From: Antedon mediterranea
Taxonomy: Eukaryota > Animalia > Echinodermata
DNA: 64,000 bases
Direction of reading: 5' to 3'
Assembly (NCBI RefSeq): GCF_964355755.1
Contig: NC_092671.1
Span: 24,130,070 to 24,194,069, forward strand
Below the pieces are notes generated by a model, which was given only the letters and a program-made list of their open reading frames with translations, made no database searches and was not told the DNA's origin. A program made the position numbers and the translations under genes. This document shows, one piece after another, positions 39,611-52,765 of the stretch (position 1 is its first letter; every line of letters starts with the position of its first letter).

Positions 39611-41095
39611 TATGTACCGATGCTGCTTGGGCTCCAGCTGCTAGGCTGACACTCAGCAGTGAAGTTTGTTCTGCTGTCACCCAACCTCGGCCTACCCATA
39701 TGGGCCATGATAGGGTGCCTGAATAGTTGCTTTTCAGTCAGGCCTAAGCTTTCACATCGCTTTACTACTCTTGTTCTGTATAGGATTTTGTGTTTCACAA
39801 TTCTAATGTGCGAGAAAACCCAGGAATGATAAATGGGGCGAAACGACCAAGAATTTTCAAACCCATGAATGCATATAGGCCTAGACAAAAAATTCAAGGC
39901 TAGCTAGGCTGAGCAGACGGCTTAGCTAGGCCTAGCTTAAAGTTAATAAACAATCTGATAAGATTATTATGCTGTTGTTGTACAGTGCAAATCATGAGGT
40001 TACAATACATGTAAATTATACCAGGAAGTTGCTCCCTGATTATACTGACATTTTTATCGGAAATATTAGGCCTAAACAAATCGTATAAAATGTATTCCCC
40101 ATTTTTCGACACATAATTTACTAAAAGGGAGACATTTTACCCATGCGTTCACCGGCGACTAAAACGCGTCAGTTGCTAAGTATAACGCGTTTCGCGACGT
40201 ATTGTAAACTAATAACCCCTAAGTTACTGAAAAAGTGTAATGTATTAAAAAACACTATTTTCTGACCGATTTTTTAGAAATGAGTTTTTGGAAAATATTT
40301 CCGTATTTTCCCGTTTTTTTTTATGTAATCACTTTCAATTAAACATACTTAAACATAATATAAGCTGAGAAAGTCTGAGTGTAGCTCCACTTTAAAGTAA
40401 CAAGTAAACTGAAATTGCATTTTCTCGAGAACTACTTGTCCAAAAAACTTCTTTTTTGTACAAGAGGCAAGAGTTATAATTTGTGATTTGTAATTTTGAA
40501 ACATAATTTAAATTGCACGTTTTTTTATGCGAGTAGTTTAAAAAACCTATTTCTTTTCAAATGCACTCGTTTGATTTTCGTTTTGCTGTTCTATTGTTAG
40601 TCAACTGAAGCTACTGTTAATTGAAAGGCTTGTTACATAACCATTACACCAAACTTGCATACACATGCTTGTAGTGAAATAAGCCTAAATCACAAACAGC
40701 ATTAAGACACACACAAATATATATATATATTTTTTTTAACTGGAGAAATCTTATGTAGGAGAATTTTACAGTAGGCGGAGGTATGCACTCTCGGAGTGGC
40801 TTTCTAGTTATTTATGTAATCTGATATTGTATATCTGATTTAAATTAGATTCAGTAGTATCTATCTATCTTGGCCTATATAAGCCCCATTTTATCTATCT
40901 GAAATTCAGCAATTAAAAACAATTAACAAGAACCCATAATATGAAGAATTTGAATTTGTTAGACAGTTTCATTGCAAGTTATATTACTTTTAAAACATTA
41001 AACCAGATCATTTAATTCACAATATCATACCAAGTAGGTGCATCACCAAAGCAAAACAAAGATATTTATCTGGGCACGATACATGCTGCTATTTA

Positions 41096-42411
41096 CAGTG
41101 GCGGATCTAGCGGGGGGCGTGTGGGGCGTACGCCCCCCCTATTTTTTAAAGATTTTTTTTTTTTTTTTTTAAATTAAATAGATTTTAAAAACACGTATCG
41201 TTTCGACGGTCATTTTCATAGTGAAAATAGTACGTCGGAGCACATCGTCAGCTTGATCGCATTTCACCAAGCATGTACGTCGACATCCTTTGTGTACTAT
41301 CAATCTCTAGCGTTACCAACGATCATTCACAGTTAAGTGTAAAACTAAAAGGAGCAAGTTGATAAAAGCCACGTGGTGAGCTTGGTCGCGTTTTACTAAG
41401 CAGGTCGGCATCCTTTGTGATCGTCACTCCCGTTGTAGAGTAGCGGTACGTACCTCCGACGATCAATAGAGTTTATGAAGTCACATGGTCAGTGCTACAC
41501 TACGCGCCCATTTATTAAATACAATAAAAACAAAGGCTAGGACTGTAGTGCCTATGAAAATTATCCCGTTAGGCCTATATTTTATTAAAACATATTACTA
41601 TTAAAATATTAACAATGCTGCATGCAGCATTTCATGACCGGGCCTTGTAGTGTTTTATTTGCTTTTCCGTCGATGAGTCTCATAAACAAATCGCGATGAC
41701 AAAAGGGGTGTTTTGTTTTTTTCAAATCACTAAATATAATGTAATGATGATCGAGCCGGACCGCTAATTTTTAAACGATCGTTTAAACCAGGTCGTTGAA
41801 TATGCCGTGATTGTAATTGTCAAAAACATGATCGTCAGTCGATGGCTCGGAGTTTCGATAAATCTCGCGTCGCATGTGTTGCGTGGTGGTGGAAAACACT
41901 CTCAGCAAGTTTGCTTCATTAATATGCATGAGACTCTGTGACGACCCGCTTTAACGTGACGTCATTTTACTTTAGCTGCATGGATGATGGATGCGAAGAA
42001 GTAGACGTCACCGCGATCGACCCGGCGCGCGTGTAAGAAAATAATACCGGCCTAGGCTAGGACAAGTTTATGCTTATATAAAAGCTGAAAAACATCGTCG
42101 CGTTGTAAAAATTTAGATGTAAAGTACAGGCAAGTTGTTAGCTTGCTTTGGTACCCTAGGTAAGTATCAGCTGCATGTTCCACATGTCGTAATTTGCGAG
42201 CTTTAGAGTGTTTGGTAAATGACATTATTAATTGTTTGTAAATCGTTTTAAACGACTTACAATGCGCTAGAACGCCAAAATTTCTAGGGGCCTTCGGCCC
42301 CTGGACCCCGACCGGGGGCCCTTGGCGGCCCCCTGGCCCCCAGCCAGTGTTTGCTCGCTTCGCTCGCAAACCTACGCCCCCCCCTATTTCAAAATCCTGG
42401 ATCCGCCCCTG
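41096..42411 (-). mobile_element. Non-autonomous hAT-like (hAT5-type) element, copy 2
   Basis: Reverse complement of 16925-18160 with ~80 extra bp; 5-bp TSD attta. Confidence 0.88.
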
Positions 42412-42689
42412 ATTTATAGTGAAGATATTTTTCACATTTTTTTGTAAGAAAAACACCATTGTTTGACAGACAATTTGACTATTTTTTGGCTTTAAATTAC
42501 AGTTTTTTCAGGTAAATACATTTTTGGGCGATCTAATTTTTAATCAAAGTTTAATCATTAAAATGTCATATTCAACAAAAAAAATCATTTTTTCAAAAAA
42601 GTGGGGAAGTCTCTTTAATTTTTTAAAATCTTATTCTTCAGATTGATAAAGAAGCTCGAACACAACTGTGGGTGTAGCAATGATACACT

Positions 42690-44500
42690 ATAGGTTTCTA
42701 TACATTGATTGCAACGGAAGGATCAGTGATGGTGGTGTGCTGCGAATTTCAACGTTTTGGCAGGCACTGACATCGGAAAGCAACATGCTAAACATTCCAG
42801 AACCTTGCAAGTTGCCAGGATCTGATATAGTGGCACCTCATGTCATACTGGCTGATGATGCTTTTCCTGTACACAGGAATCATTAAGCCATACCCTCAAA
42901 GAGGATTATTGAGGGAGAAGAGAGCCTACAATTACAGAATAAGCTGGGGCCACCAAGTTGTAGAGAATGTATTTGGACATCTTGCTAACAGATTCAGAAT
43001 CTTTCACTCTAAAATCAGTCGAGATACAAATGACCGTTAAATCGCTAATTTTTCCCTGTGCATGCGTCAAATTCAGACTAGAAAAATCTGTATAAACGGA
43101 GGAAAATGTCATTCACTGGCCATTTTTTAAAATCACAGCTGTAAAGTACTCATGTAAGGTAATTTTTGGTTTTGGTTTGTTGTGGTTTGTTAAACAAACC
43201 AGCCGATATTTTCTTTACCAGTCAAAATTAATGAACCCGGAATATGTGTATAATACATATAATAAACATTTTGTACAATTTTAGGCTCTGTTCATGCTGT
43301 TTAAATTGTGTAAATTTAGCAGTCACTTTTTCGGGCCATCGCCATCTTTGTTTATATTTTTTAACCATATCGTTGAAAGTGTATGTGTATATTTTGTAGA
43401 ATTTTTTACAATGTTAATGAATGAATTTACCATGTTCTTTTGTAGCCAATTAGTCATTTGAACGTATTGTATTAGCTTTAACAGGTTGTAACTTTGTCAT
43501 TTTTTAATTATATTAAACCTAAATACAGCACAAGCAAACTTATTGTTTAAACAATATATTTCAAGAATAAAAACATATTTGGCAATTTTTATTATGAAAG
43601 TGGGTCAAATATGTTTTAGGAGCAAAAGTGTCCGTCCGTAACAGAAAAAAGTGTCCGTCCGTAACAATTTAGTTTTTGGATTATTTAAAAATCTAAAATA
43701 AAATAAAAAAAATGTTTGAGATATTGTACAACCATATGACTACTTTACCAATATGAATTTATGGTCTAGTCTTATTTTCCTAGATAGAAATTGTACTCAA
43801 ATCTTAATATTTAGAAACTGTCAATTTTTTCTTGTCCGTCCGTAACATTCATATTTTCGCTGTTCTATTTTTAGCAACAGAATTTTTTGGCAAAACTTTT
43901 TTTTTTGGAAAGTGGGTATGTGGTATACTTGCATAAAAAACATACAAAGAATTTAAACCTTCTATTAGAACATTTTTATCAATTGATAAAGTCAAATGTT
44001 TTGGATAAGTGTCCAGTTATACATTGGATAACACTCTTATTTTTCAGGATTTAGCATTACCTCTGTTTCCTATAATACACAGCCATTTTGATGTATAAAA
44101 ATGTACATAAATAATATTTATTATTATTAATTAATTTTGTTCTCAAAAAAATTCCCTAGCACTACGCTAGCCACCGCTTACCTACTATACTGTATGCATA
44201 GATCGATACAGACTTACACATGGCTAGCCTAACTTTGATCAAATTTTCAAAATCTATGCTGGTGAAATCCGTTAATTATTATTTTTTAATACAACTGGCT
44301 AAGTAAATTGTTAAACTATAAGTTCCTAATTTTACACGTAAATTGTGGAATATTTTTTCTCGATTGTCGACCGTAATGGCGGCGAATCAAATTCTGAGAT
44401 TGTGATAATTTCTTGGTCACGCAACTCTGCCTCTCGACTGAAATAATGCTATCCCCGTCTAATTAATTGTTCTATGCACATGTGTACTGCACAATTACTT
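42690..44500 (+). pseudogene. Harbinger transposase remnant, right arm, split by insertion 43016-44440
   Basis: YRFLYIDCNGRISDGG...ILADDAFP..KPYPQRG..YNYRIS..VVENVFGHLANRFRI, resuming as VLCTCVLHNYL at ~44470. Confidence 0.88.
43016..44440. mobile_element. Non-autonomous DNA transposon, Sola1-like
   Basis: cagtcgaga / tctcgactg TIRs; 4-bp AAAT (AWWT) TSD confirmed against the uninterrupted left arm (ctctaaaataatgcta). Confidence 0.65.
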
Positions 44501-45779
44501 ACCAATAATATGTCCTGAGAGCACTAATTTTGTTTTTTACTTCAGTTTCTGTTAATACAAAAACATGTATAAATTGTTGTAAATATGATTTCAATAAATT
44601 TTACATTTTACTTGATATTATTTTGTTTTATATATTAATTATTGTTCACATATATTTTCCTTCATACAGTACATGTACTAAATTAAAGTTTAATAACAGG
44701 GAATAAACAATTAATCTTTAACCTAGATATTAAATCCTTACTAATAATACTAATTAAAAACATAATAAATAGCCCTAAATATTATCACTCACAATCATTC
44801 ATACTTTATCTAAGCCTAAAATGGCCTAGGCTGAGCCCTACGCCATATTTTCCCCGGTTAGAGAATCTCAAAATAAAGTCTAACGCAGTGAATACTGCAG
44901 TGTAGTGGGTAAGCCTAGCTGGATTCATGGTGAAAAATTGATCTCACTTTATTTCTCCATGAATTTTTTTAATTCCTCCAGTGTATACAGGAGGTGTTAG
45001 GCTAGAGTATAGACTTAGCTGGTACTCTGCGTCCATGTGTGGACAGCTAGCTAGAGAGTAGGAAGGCGATGCAATGCTTTTCACCATTTACCACCTATTT
45101 ATCGATCAGGGTGGGGCGTACTCTACGGATGTATGTTTAGTTAGGGACTAAGCCTACTACTATGTGTTATGACAAAATAAAATAGTATTACCAGGCATTT
45201 CTGGATCAAACAGATTGACAATTTCAGCTTGCTGCCTTTTTATTCTGTCATGGTAGGTCCTGCATTGGTATCCCACAAACAGGGGGAATCAAACAATAGG
45301 GAAATACATTTTTCATGGTCTTCTGTTGAAAATTGTGCAAAAACATTTTTTTTCAAGAAAAAGTGAGCTTGATTTAATAATTTGATCATAATGATAACAT
45401 AAAACTGATTGACCAATTTAAAAATTTGACAACTTTTTGACAGTCAACAAAAAGTTAAACATGCTTACAACTTTTTTTAAAACAATTTGACATGTGATAT
45501 ATCCATATTTGGGCACATCACATTTTTTGTCACATAGAGTTTGATAGTATAGACAGAGCTTTAGGTTTTGGTCACTTCACATACGTATGTTTTGAAACAA
45601 TGCTTAAGCGAGATACGCTTAAACGATTTCAATGTTGGCGATTGTGAGTATTATTTGCAATCTGGCTCAACCATCATTAATTTTTTTCTCGTTTTCAACT
45701 TCTCCAGACTAAACAGCCACTCCTTTCTATTTCATACTGTATATACTAAATTGTCATTGTATATAAAAGAAGGGCTTAC

Positions 45780-45903
45780 CATAAATGTGTTTAGCTTTTG
45801 ACTGCTTGTATCTGGAACCATGGGGGTCCAACATGCGTTCCACATCATCTTCTGTTACTTCAAATCCGGTGACACCATCATCATCTTCATAAAGTCCTGC
45901 CAT
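45780..45903 (-). CDS. TFIP11: TFIP11 coding exon 1 (MAGLYEDDDGVTGFEVTEDDVERMLDPHGSRYKQSKAKHIY-G)
   Basis: ATG at 45903; resembles the TFIP11 N-terminus (FE.T..D....F.P.......K....YG.WA); donor gtaag at 45779; phase 1 joins exon 2 in frame. Confidence 0.88.
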
Positions 45904-47396
45904 AGCTTGTTTAATCCAGACAAGCTTTTTTAACTAATTAAATTTTACAGTTGTTGCACACTTCCAAGGAAAGTTTTTACTCAGCTACGCCTGTAGTAAA
46001 ACAACACAAGGGATTTTTTGGGTTTGAAATATGGGCCCAAAGCCTAACAATTTAACTGCTGAATATGTAACACAATGTTCAAACTTTTGCATTGTATTGA
46101 AATCAATTTAACACTTGATGAAGCTTATATTCAGTGATATGATAAAATGCTGTGTTAAAATGATAATCAAAATACTGTACCACTTTACCAATAGAAACGA
46201 GGAAGCTAGACTTACTTTACTAACTACTATCTATACTAATTGCCCTATAGAAGTACTTACTACTAACTAATAGCCTACCGTAAGTAGGCCCATTACTTAT
46301 TAGGCCTACCTAGGACTAACAGTAGGCCCCTACTACAGAAAAACAGACAATCAGGCTCCACATGGTTGTGAGACAATCATGACCAGGGTCGATCAGAAGA
46401 AATAAAATCACACACGAGGTCATTAGTGATCTGTTAATATTGTTCGTGGTTCATAAAAACAACAGAAAGGGTGTGGATTATCAAGCGCGACTTAAAATTG
46501 CATTTTCACCTGTTATAGATGGTATTTGATCACTGAAAATGCTTTAAATGTGTTCATTGGGTATGCAAACATAGGGTATGCCATTTCCATATGAAGGTGG
46601 TGGATGACGGAGAGTTGATTGTTGTACGTGATAAGGAAAACAAAAGTGGACATAATAATGATGATAATGTTTTATTTATCCTTTCTTAAATTTAAATAAT
46701 ATGATCTATGAACATCAATCTGGTTTTAGGCCAGGATTTTTAACAAATTTTTCTTTAATTACAGAGGATTAAATAAATAGCATTGATTTGGGAAAATATA
46801 TTGGATTAGTTATGATAGACCTTAAGAAAGCTTTTGATATGGTAAATCACCAAATTCTTATAAATAACTTAAACAATTTCTCTCTTGACAACTCTGTAAT
46901 AAATTGGTTTGAAATTACCTGAGCAATCGTACTCAAATCACAAATGTAAATGGTATAAGTTCAAATCAATGCAATAGTGTATGTGGAATATCCCAAGGCG
47001 CCAATCTAGGCCCACTATTGTTCCTTCTTTATATAAATGACCTACCTGAGCATGTTTTTAATGTGAAAATCAGTATGTATGCAGATGACACTGCTCTATA
47101 TTATACATCTCATAATATAGATGATGTCATCAACAAAATTATATTGATTTAGGAAATATACAAATTGGTTATCATGTAACAAACTAAGTTTAAATGTAAA
47201 GAAGAAAGAATGTATGTTTATTGGGACTAAGAACAAATTAGCAAAATTAATAGATAAGGATCTTAACTTAAATATCAATGGTGAACGTTTAAAAAGGGTT
47301 GTAAACATTTAGGTGTCTATATTGATGAAAATTTATCATGGGAGAAGCAAACTAATCATGTTAAAGAAAAGGTCCTGCCTGGTTTGTTTTACTTAA

Positions 47397-48017
47397 AGAC
47401 ACCTTCCCTACGTTTTTTAGATCTATTTTAAGATCACAAACTATATTTAATCTAAAAATAATACTATATGGTCCTATTGCGATAACTTTTTTCGTCTTTA
47501 AATGGTTAAAAATGTGAAAAATGTCGATTCTAATAATTATAGCGGCCCGCTATAAATCCCAAAAGGCATTGCGCGCGGATTGATATTTATGTTTTTCTTC
47601 GGTAATTCACCCACTTTTCGATCGATCGTGCGGCCAAAACAAATGGAAGACTCCTAACTTTTCAGCGAAAATACTGGGTTTTCCCCAATTTATATCAACG
47701 GAGTCTGGCAAAAATAGAAAGAAAATTAATGCAGCAACTATACAACGTCAGGCTAGGTATATAGCTAGCAAACGATGTTCGTACGTTACCGATGTTTACC
47801 AGCTAGGCCTACAAAACTAAGCCTAGCTAGGCTAGGCCTAAAGACCGTCCACGAGAGGTCAGTCGCCGCGAGCTACCTAGGTAGTGCATTGTTTCTCACT
47901 TTTTATCATAATTTACCATAAAACATACATTTAAGACAAGGAATGACCTGTTTAATGTTTTTAAAGTAATATATGTATTATTTTTACAAAACGTCACAAA
48001 TTGTAGGGAAGGGGTCT
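47397..48017. mobile_element. Kolobok-like MITE
   Basis: agacaccttccctac / gtagggaaggggtct TIRs, TTAA on both flanks. Confidence 0.8.
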
Positions 48018-48176
48018 TTAAGAAAGTCATGTAACCTAATACTCCAACATCTTCAGAGCATGATATACAAATCAATAATCACCCCACATTTTGATTACTG
48101 TAATGTTGTATGGGGACGATCATATAATATCAATACATTAAGTAAAAAATTGCAAGTTGTACAAAATAGAGCAGCA

Positions 48177-50534
48177 GGGGCAGGGTTACGGACGGCACAT
48201 TTTTGAGAATATAACATATCTTAGAAATAAAAAAGAATACAAGATTTTAAGTAGAATAAATGTATATATGGCCAATGTTTATTATAAAAGTCAAAAAAAG
48301 AATGTACAAAAAAATGTTTATTATGAAAATGTTATGCGTCGCGGATGGGACGGCAAATGGACATGACTTTTGAGAAGGGGTACGTATTGTAATATTTCTT
48401 CTCATTTAAAAGAGATTTTAAAATTTGTTTTGTATTATTATGTTGCCAGATAGTTGTTTTAGATAACTGAATGTTAATTATAAAAATTTAACTGCGAATT
48501 TATTAATAAATATGATTTATATGTCGTTACGGACGGGACATTTCTAACGTCGCGGACAGGACAACTTGTCCACATTAAAAAATTGTATAATTTTGCTATT
48601 AAAAAAATTTAAAAGTAAGTTTTTTACATTAATGTAATCTTTTATTTACAAATCAAAATATAATTCAACCTTTGAAACACTGATTAAAAGTTTATGTCAA
48701 GTGAAAATATTAAAATTCATAAATATGAAATATTATTTATAAAATTAATTAAGAAAAGCAATATTGTAAAATGTTATCAAAATATTTATTTACACTAATA
48801 TAAAAGTTATGCTTGGCATATTACACAAGACTTCAAGATATTAACACATTTAAGGCGAATCTTTAAAAATTGGCGTTGGCGTTTGACGTCTGAATTTGTT
48901 AGTGGATCCAAAATGCATCTGAAATTTTCTTCTATCCTTGCTTGGATTTAATAACTGTAGGCCTACTTCTATTAAAATTCAATCTTAATTATTTAGTATC
49001 TGATTTATAAAAGGTTCTTGGTTGAAAATTCACCAAAGAATGAAATCTACAAAGCGATGACTGCACCCAATACTCCAATTCATACTGGTCATGTTGTTTT
49101 GGATTTAGGTATTGTTCTTTTGTGGATTGTTATCTTAAATACAGACCACAATGTTTTGTGATTAATAAACAACAGTTAACACCTTTGTACAGTACTTCTC
49201 AGCCTACAGTACAAAAACACTTTTTAATTCTCACAATATTGTCATCACATCCATAAAAAAATGTCCCATCCGTAACATTCAGTAAATTTTGATAGTAATG
49301 TTTTTTTAATAAAAAAATACAAGTTAAAAAAAAACTTGTTTAAATCTATTGCAATTTAATATCCTTAGGAGTTGGAAATTAAGACTTCAAATTAGGAATT
49401 AAATAACAATTTTAAAGCCATATTAATTCAATAAACACAAGTGGAAAAAAACCCAAGTAACAATTATGAATTTTGAAATGCAAGTATGAAATAACAATTT
49501 TAATAAAATACTTTACTATGAATAATTGGAGCTTACTTTAAAAAAAAGTAACTGCAGTATATCTATGGGCAAAAATGTTAACAGGATGTATGGTTTTATG
49601 AAATAAAAGGATTTAAATGATATGTCCCATCCTTAACAAAAATGTCTGTCCCGTGCCTACAAAAAATATCATCAATATATTTTTGAATATGATATTTTCA
49701 CCAAAAGTTTCAAAATATTTATTTATAATGTATTGCATAGTTTTAAAAGGAGAAAACAAAATATTAAATTGTGGTATAAATACTTTTAACTAAAATTTAA
49801 AAAACACCATAAAACTACTATTAAAATGTCGTGGATGAGATAATTATGAATTTTGAAATGTATATATGACATTTAATAAACAAAATATGTGTTATAAAAT
49901 GCTTGAATATGTACAATAGGGACATAGAGTAACTATATCTGGCAAAAAAATGTTCAAAAGATGCATGGTTTGTGAAATAATTAGGATTTAAATGATACGT
50001 CCCGTTCGTAACAAAAATGTCCCGATCGTAACATTGTAACAATATATTTTTTAAATATGATATTTTCATCAAAATATAAAATTTTCAAAAAATGTGTTCA
50101 TAATATAATGAGATATAGTCCTCATGAGAAGAAAATGAAATATCAAGATTTTTGCATCATTACTTTTAAAATAAATGTAAAAAAACCACCTAAAACGTCG
50201 CGGACGGGACATTTATGAATTTGAAATGGATGTATGAAATTAATAAACAACAAAATTTTAATTAAATACTTGATTATGTATTATTGAGACATAAAGTAAT
50301 GTAAAGATGCATAGTTTATGAAATAAATAGGATTAAAAATGTTCGTCCGTAATGCCAAATATGACTTTTTCATATTTAATATTCAATAACTTCAAAAATC
50401 AATATCATCAGAGAAATAAAAAAAATGTTATTTAATAAACTTCAACATGTCTACTTTGAGAAATGGCCAAGAGTTACATCAAAATCAGTAAATGAAATTT
50501 TTTAACCCACAGACCAAATACTGTGGAATGCCCC
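48177..50534. mobile_element. Non-autonomous DNA transposon, Sola2-like
   Basis: GGGGCA...TGCCCC ends, 4-bp TSD agca, many gtccc(g/a)tccgtaac motifs in both orientations. Confidence 0.55.
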
Positions 50535-50754
50535 AGCACCAAAAATTATGTTACGACTCTAGTTCTCAAGCCCTGCAGGATCTTAAATCTGTAGCCTACA
50601 GTATGTTAAAATTGTTTTTATGTTTTTATCAAGGGAAAATTGTCTCTATGGTTTTTATACCACCTTTGTTAATTTTAAGAATAATGTATGGTCTTGCACG
50701 AAAAACACCTTTTGGTGATCAAACTCTCCGTGTGAAATAAAGCATTTATTATTA

Positions 50755-51320
50755 TTTGCTAACGCGCTATGAATTGTCAATTCCGGCCAACTACTACAGA
50801 TCCTACTGATGAGTAGGCATGTGTTTTTTTCATAGTGGACTTCCCCTTGACATTCGTAATTAACGCAAAAATTGTTTTTTTCGCATATGTTTACCAGTGG
50901 AAAAAGTAGGCTACGATCGTGTTGTTTGCTAACGCGCTATAAAGTGTCCTTCCTGGCCAACTACTACAGAGTACAGAGTTGTCCTACTGATGAGTAGGCC
51001 TAGTTTTGTTTCATCTGGGACTTCTTCCTGACATTCATATTTCAACGCAAAAACATTTTCTTATCGCAAATGTACTGGCGTAAAAAGTAGGCTACGATCG
51101 TTTTACTGTTTGCTAGCGTGCTATGAAGTTTTGTTTCCAAGTTGTCCTACTGATGAGTGAGCTTAGGACTATTTCTTTTTCATTGGTGACTGTCCCCTGA
51201 CGTTCGTAATGAACGCAAAAAATGCATCTTATTGCGTATGTTTACGACGGAAAAGGTAGGCTACGACAGTTTTGCTGATTGCTAGCGTGCTATAAGTGTT
51301 GTTTATGGCCAAACTAGAGG
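50755..51320. repeat. Diverged tandem repeat, ~170-185-bp unit x ~3.3
   Basis: tttgcta.cg.gctat, cctactgatgagt and aaa.gtaggctacga recur. Confidence 0.85.
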
Positions 51321-52765
51321 TGTCATTCAACATGAATGTTATGTGCGAGTTAATAATTTTATCTTACAGGTTTCAATGAATTAATAATGTGTTCTCCTAG
51401 AAAATCATTTTAAAAATGTTCTTTTGTTTTATTGAATATTGTGCTAGTTTTTTAAAAGATTGGCATGCAAATGTTGAAATAATTTATTAGTTAAACAAGT
51501 AGACGCGTCTATTGCATATTTTTTAATCGCAGTTAATTACGAAACTCGTTCTATACCTGCAAGTGGATACCAGCTTAATGACGTTTATGCAATATAAATA
51601 AAGGAATATGATGCATGATGATTTTTACATTCCGCCACTCTGACGTGAGCATGTTTTTAGGATAATACAATATATAGATAACTGATAATATGCCGTTATA
51701 AATCAATCTACCGGGCCTACCTACAGTAGGCGTATGATGTACAATGATGATATATGCGAGAATAATCATGGATGGATAATAAAGGTGGACACGATTCTCT
51801 GCACTGCACTGATTTTTAAACATTTATATTAATATTACTAATGGCGTATGTGAGAGACCGAGTTAAACATTAACATTAAATGATTATAAAAATATAGAAA
51901 TAAAAGATATTCAAATTAAAAACTATGGTATCGCCGACGTATATACGTATATACAGTAAATCGTTTCACATGTGCAGGAGGCTGGATATACGGCCTAGAA
52001 TTCACACGGTCTCAAATTTCACCCTCCCCCACACTTATAAATATTCATTTATAAACATAACCCATAAACCAATCAAAATAATTGGCTCACTGAACTGTAA
52101 AATTACATAGCTGCTTCAATCAGTTTACCGCGATACTTTCATTAAAAAAAACGTTATTTTGCAAGTCATGGTACTGTAGGTTCAAAATTTGAATTTGTCT
52201 TAATTACGCAAATTTACCTAATCAGTATGGGTCACGTTCAAACCCCCAAAAATCAAAATTTAAAGAGATATACTTGTAATTTATGATTTATAATATGGTC
52301 TTTGATAACTGACCAAACAAAAATAATTTGTTTGTCTTATGTTTACGTCATCAAACGCTTGTAGAGGAGGGTGAGCGAATACTAGGTCACGCTTACACGT
52401 GGGTTCAGAATTCACCCTGTTAGTGGTGTAGTGAAAACCCATTTATGTAATAATGGGTCAATCCGAGGTGCCGTAGCGGTCTCTTTGAACGCATGACGAA
52501 ATGGAATGGACGTAAATCGTGACTATACTGTATTAAATATCAGCCCTACGCACGTTCCCTGGTACACTAGCCTAAAGCCAGCAGCAGGGTTTCCTGTGTA
52601 AGCTTCCCGGCATAGACTGAGCGGTATAAGCCAGTTCTACGGTAATATAGGCCTATATATATAGTTTAATAAGCCTCATTGCTACTATAACAAGGTACGA
52701 GCCACAAGGGGCCAAGCTCAACCCTACTACTAGCCTAGCTAGTACTAAGGGACTGCTCACAGGGT

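Larger units (their letters stand above)
34224..40808 (+). mobile_element. Helentron/HINE-like element (cctccgcc family) expanded by a stack of nested insertions
   Basis: 5' end tacttctgccaaggagg, 3' end ggcggaggtatgcactctcggagtggctttctagt match the 15600-16177 copy. Confidence 0.6.
26987..45560. mobile_element. Giant PIF/Harbinger-derived palindromic (foldback) element filling TFIP11 intron 1
   Basis: Ends agctttgtctacactatcaaa / tttgatagtatagacagagct; colinear inverted homology of 26987-30390 with 30530-30670, 40975-41050, 42490-42590, 42690-43015 and 44441-45560. Confidence 0.8.
46680..50755 (+). mobile_element. Decayed L2/CR1-type LINE split by two DNA transposon insertions
   Basis: HQSGFRP, IDLKKAFD, LGPLLFLLYINDLP, MYADDT, PHFDYCNVVWG, LQVVQNRAA; aataaa-(att)n tail near 50740. 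Confidence 0.75.

Noticed and set aside
42052-42459. 135-aa ORF
   Set aside because: Crosses the MITE terminus into flanking DNA and is not maintained in the other copy (stop and deletion at 16925-17200)
50800-51160. CTGATGA motifs as hammerhead ribozymes
   Set aside because: No stem II closed by GAAA follows; the motif is the loop of a short hairpin
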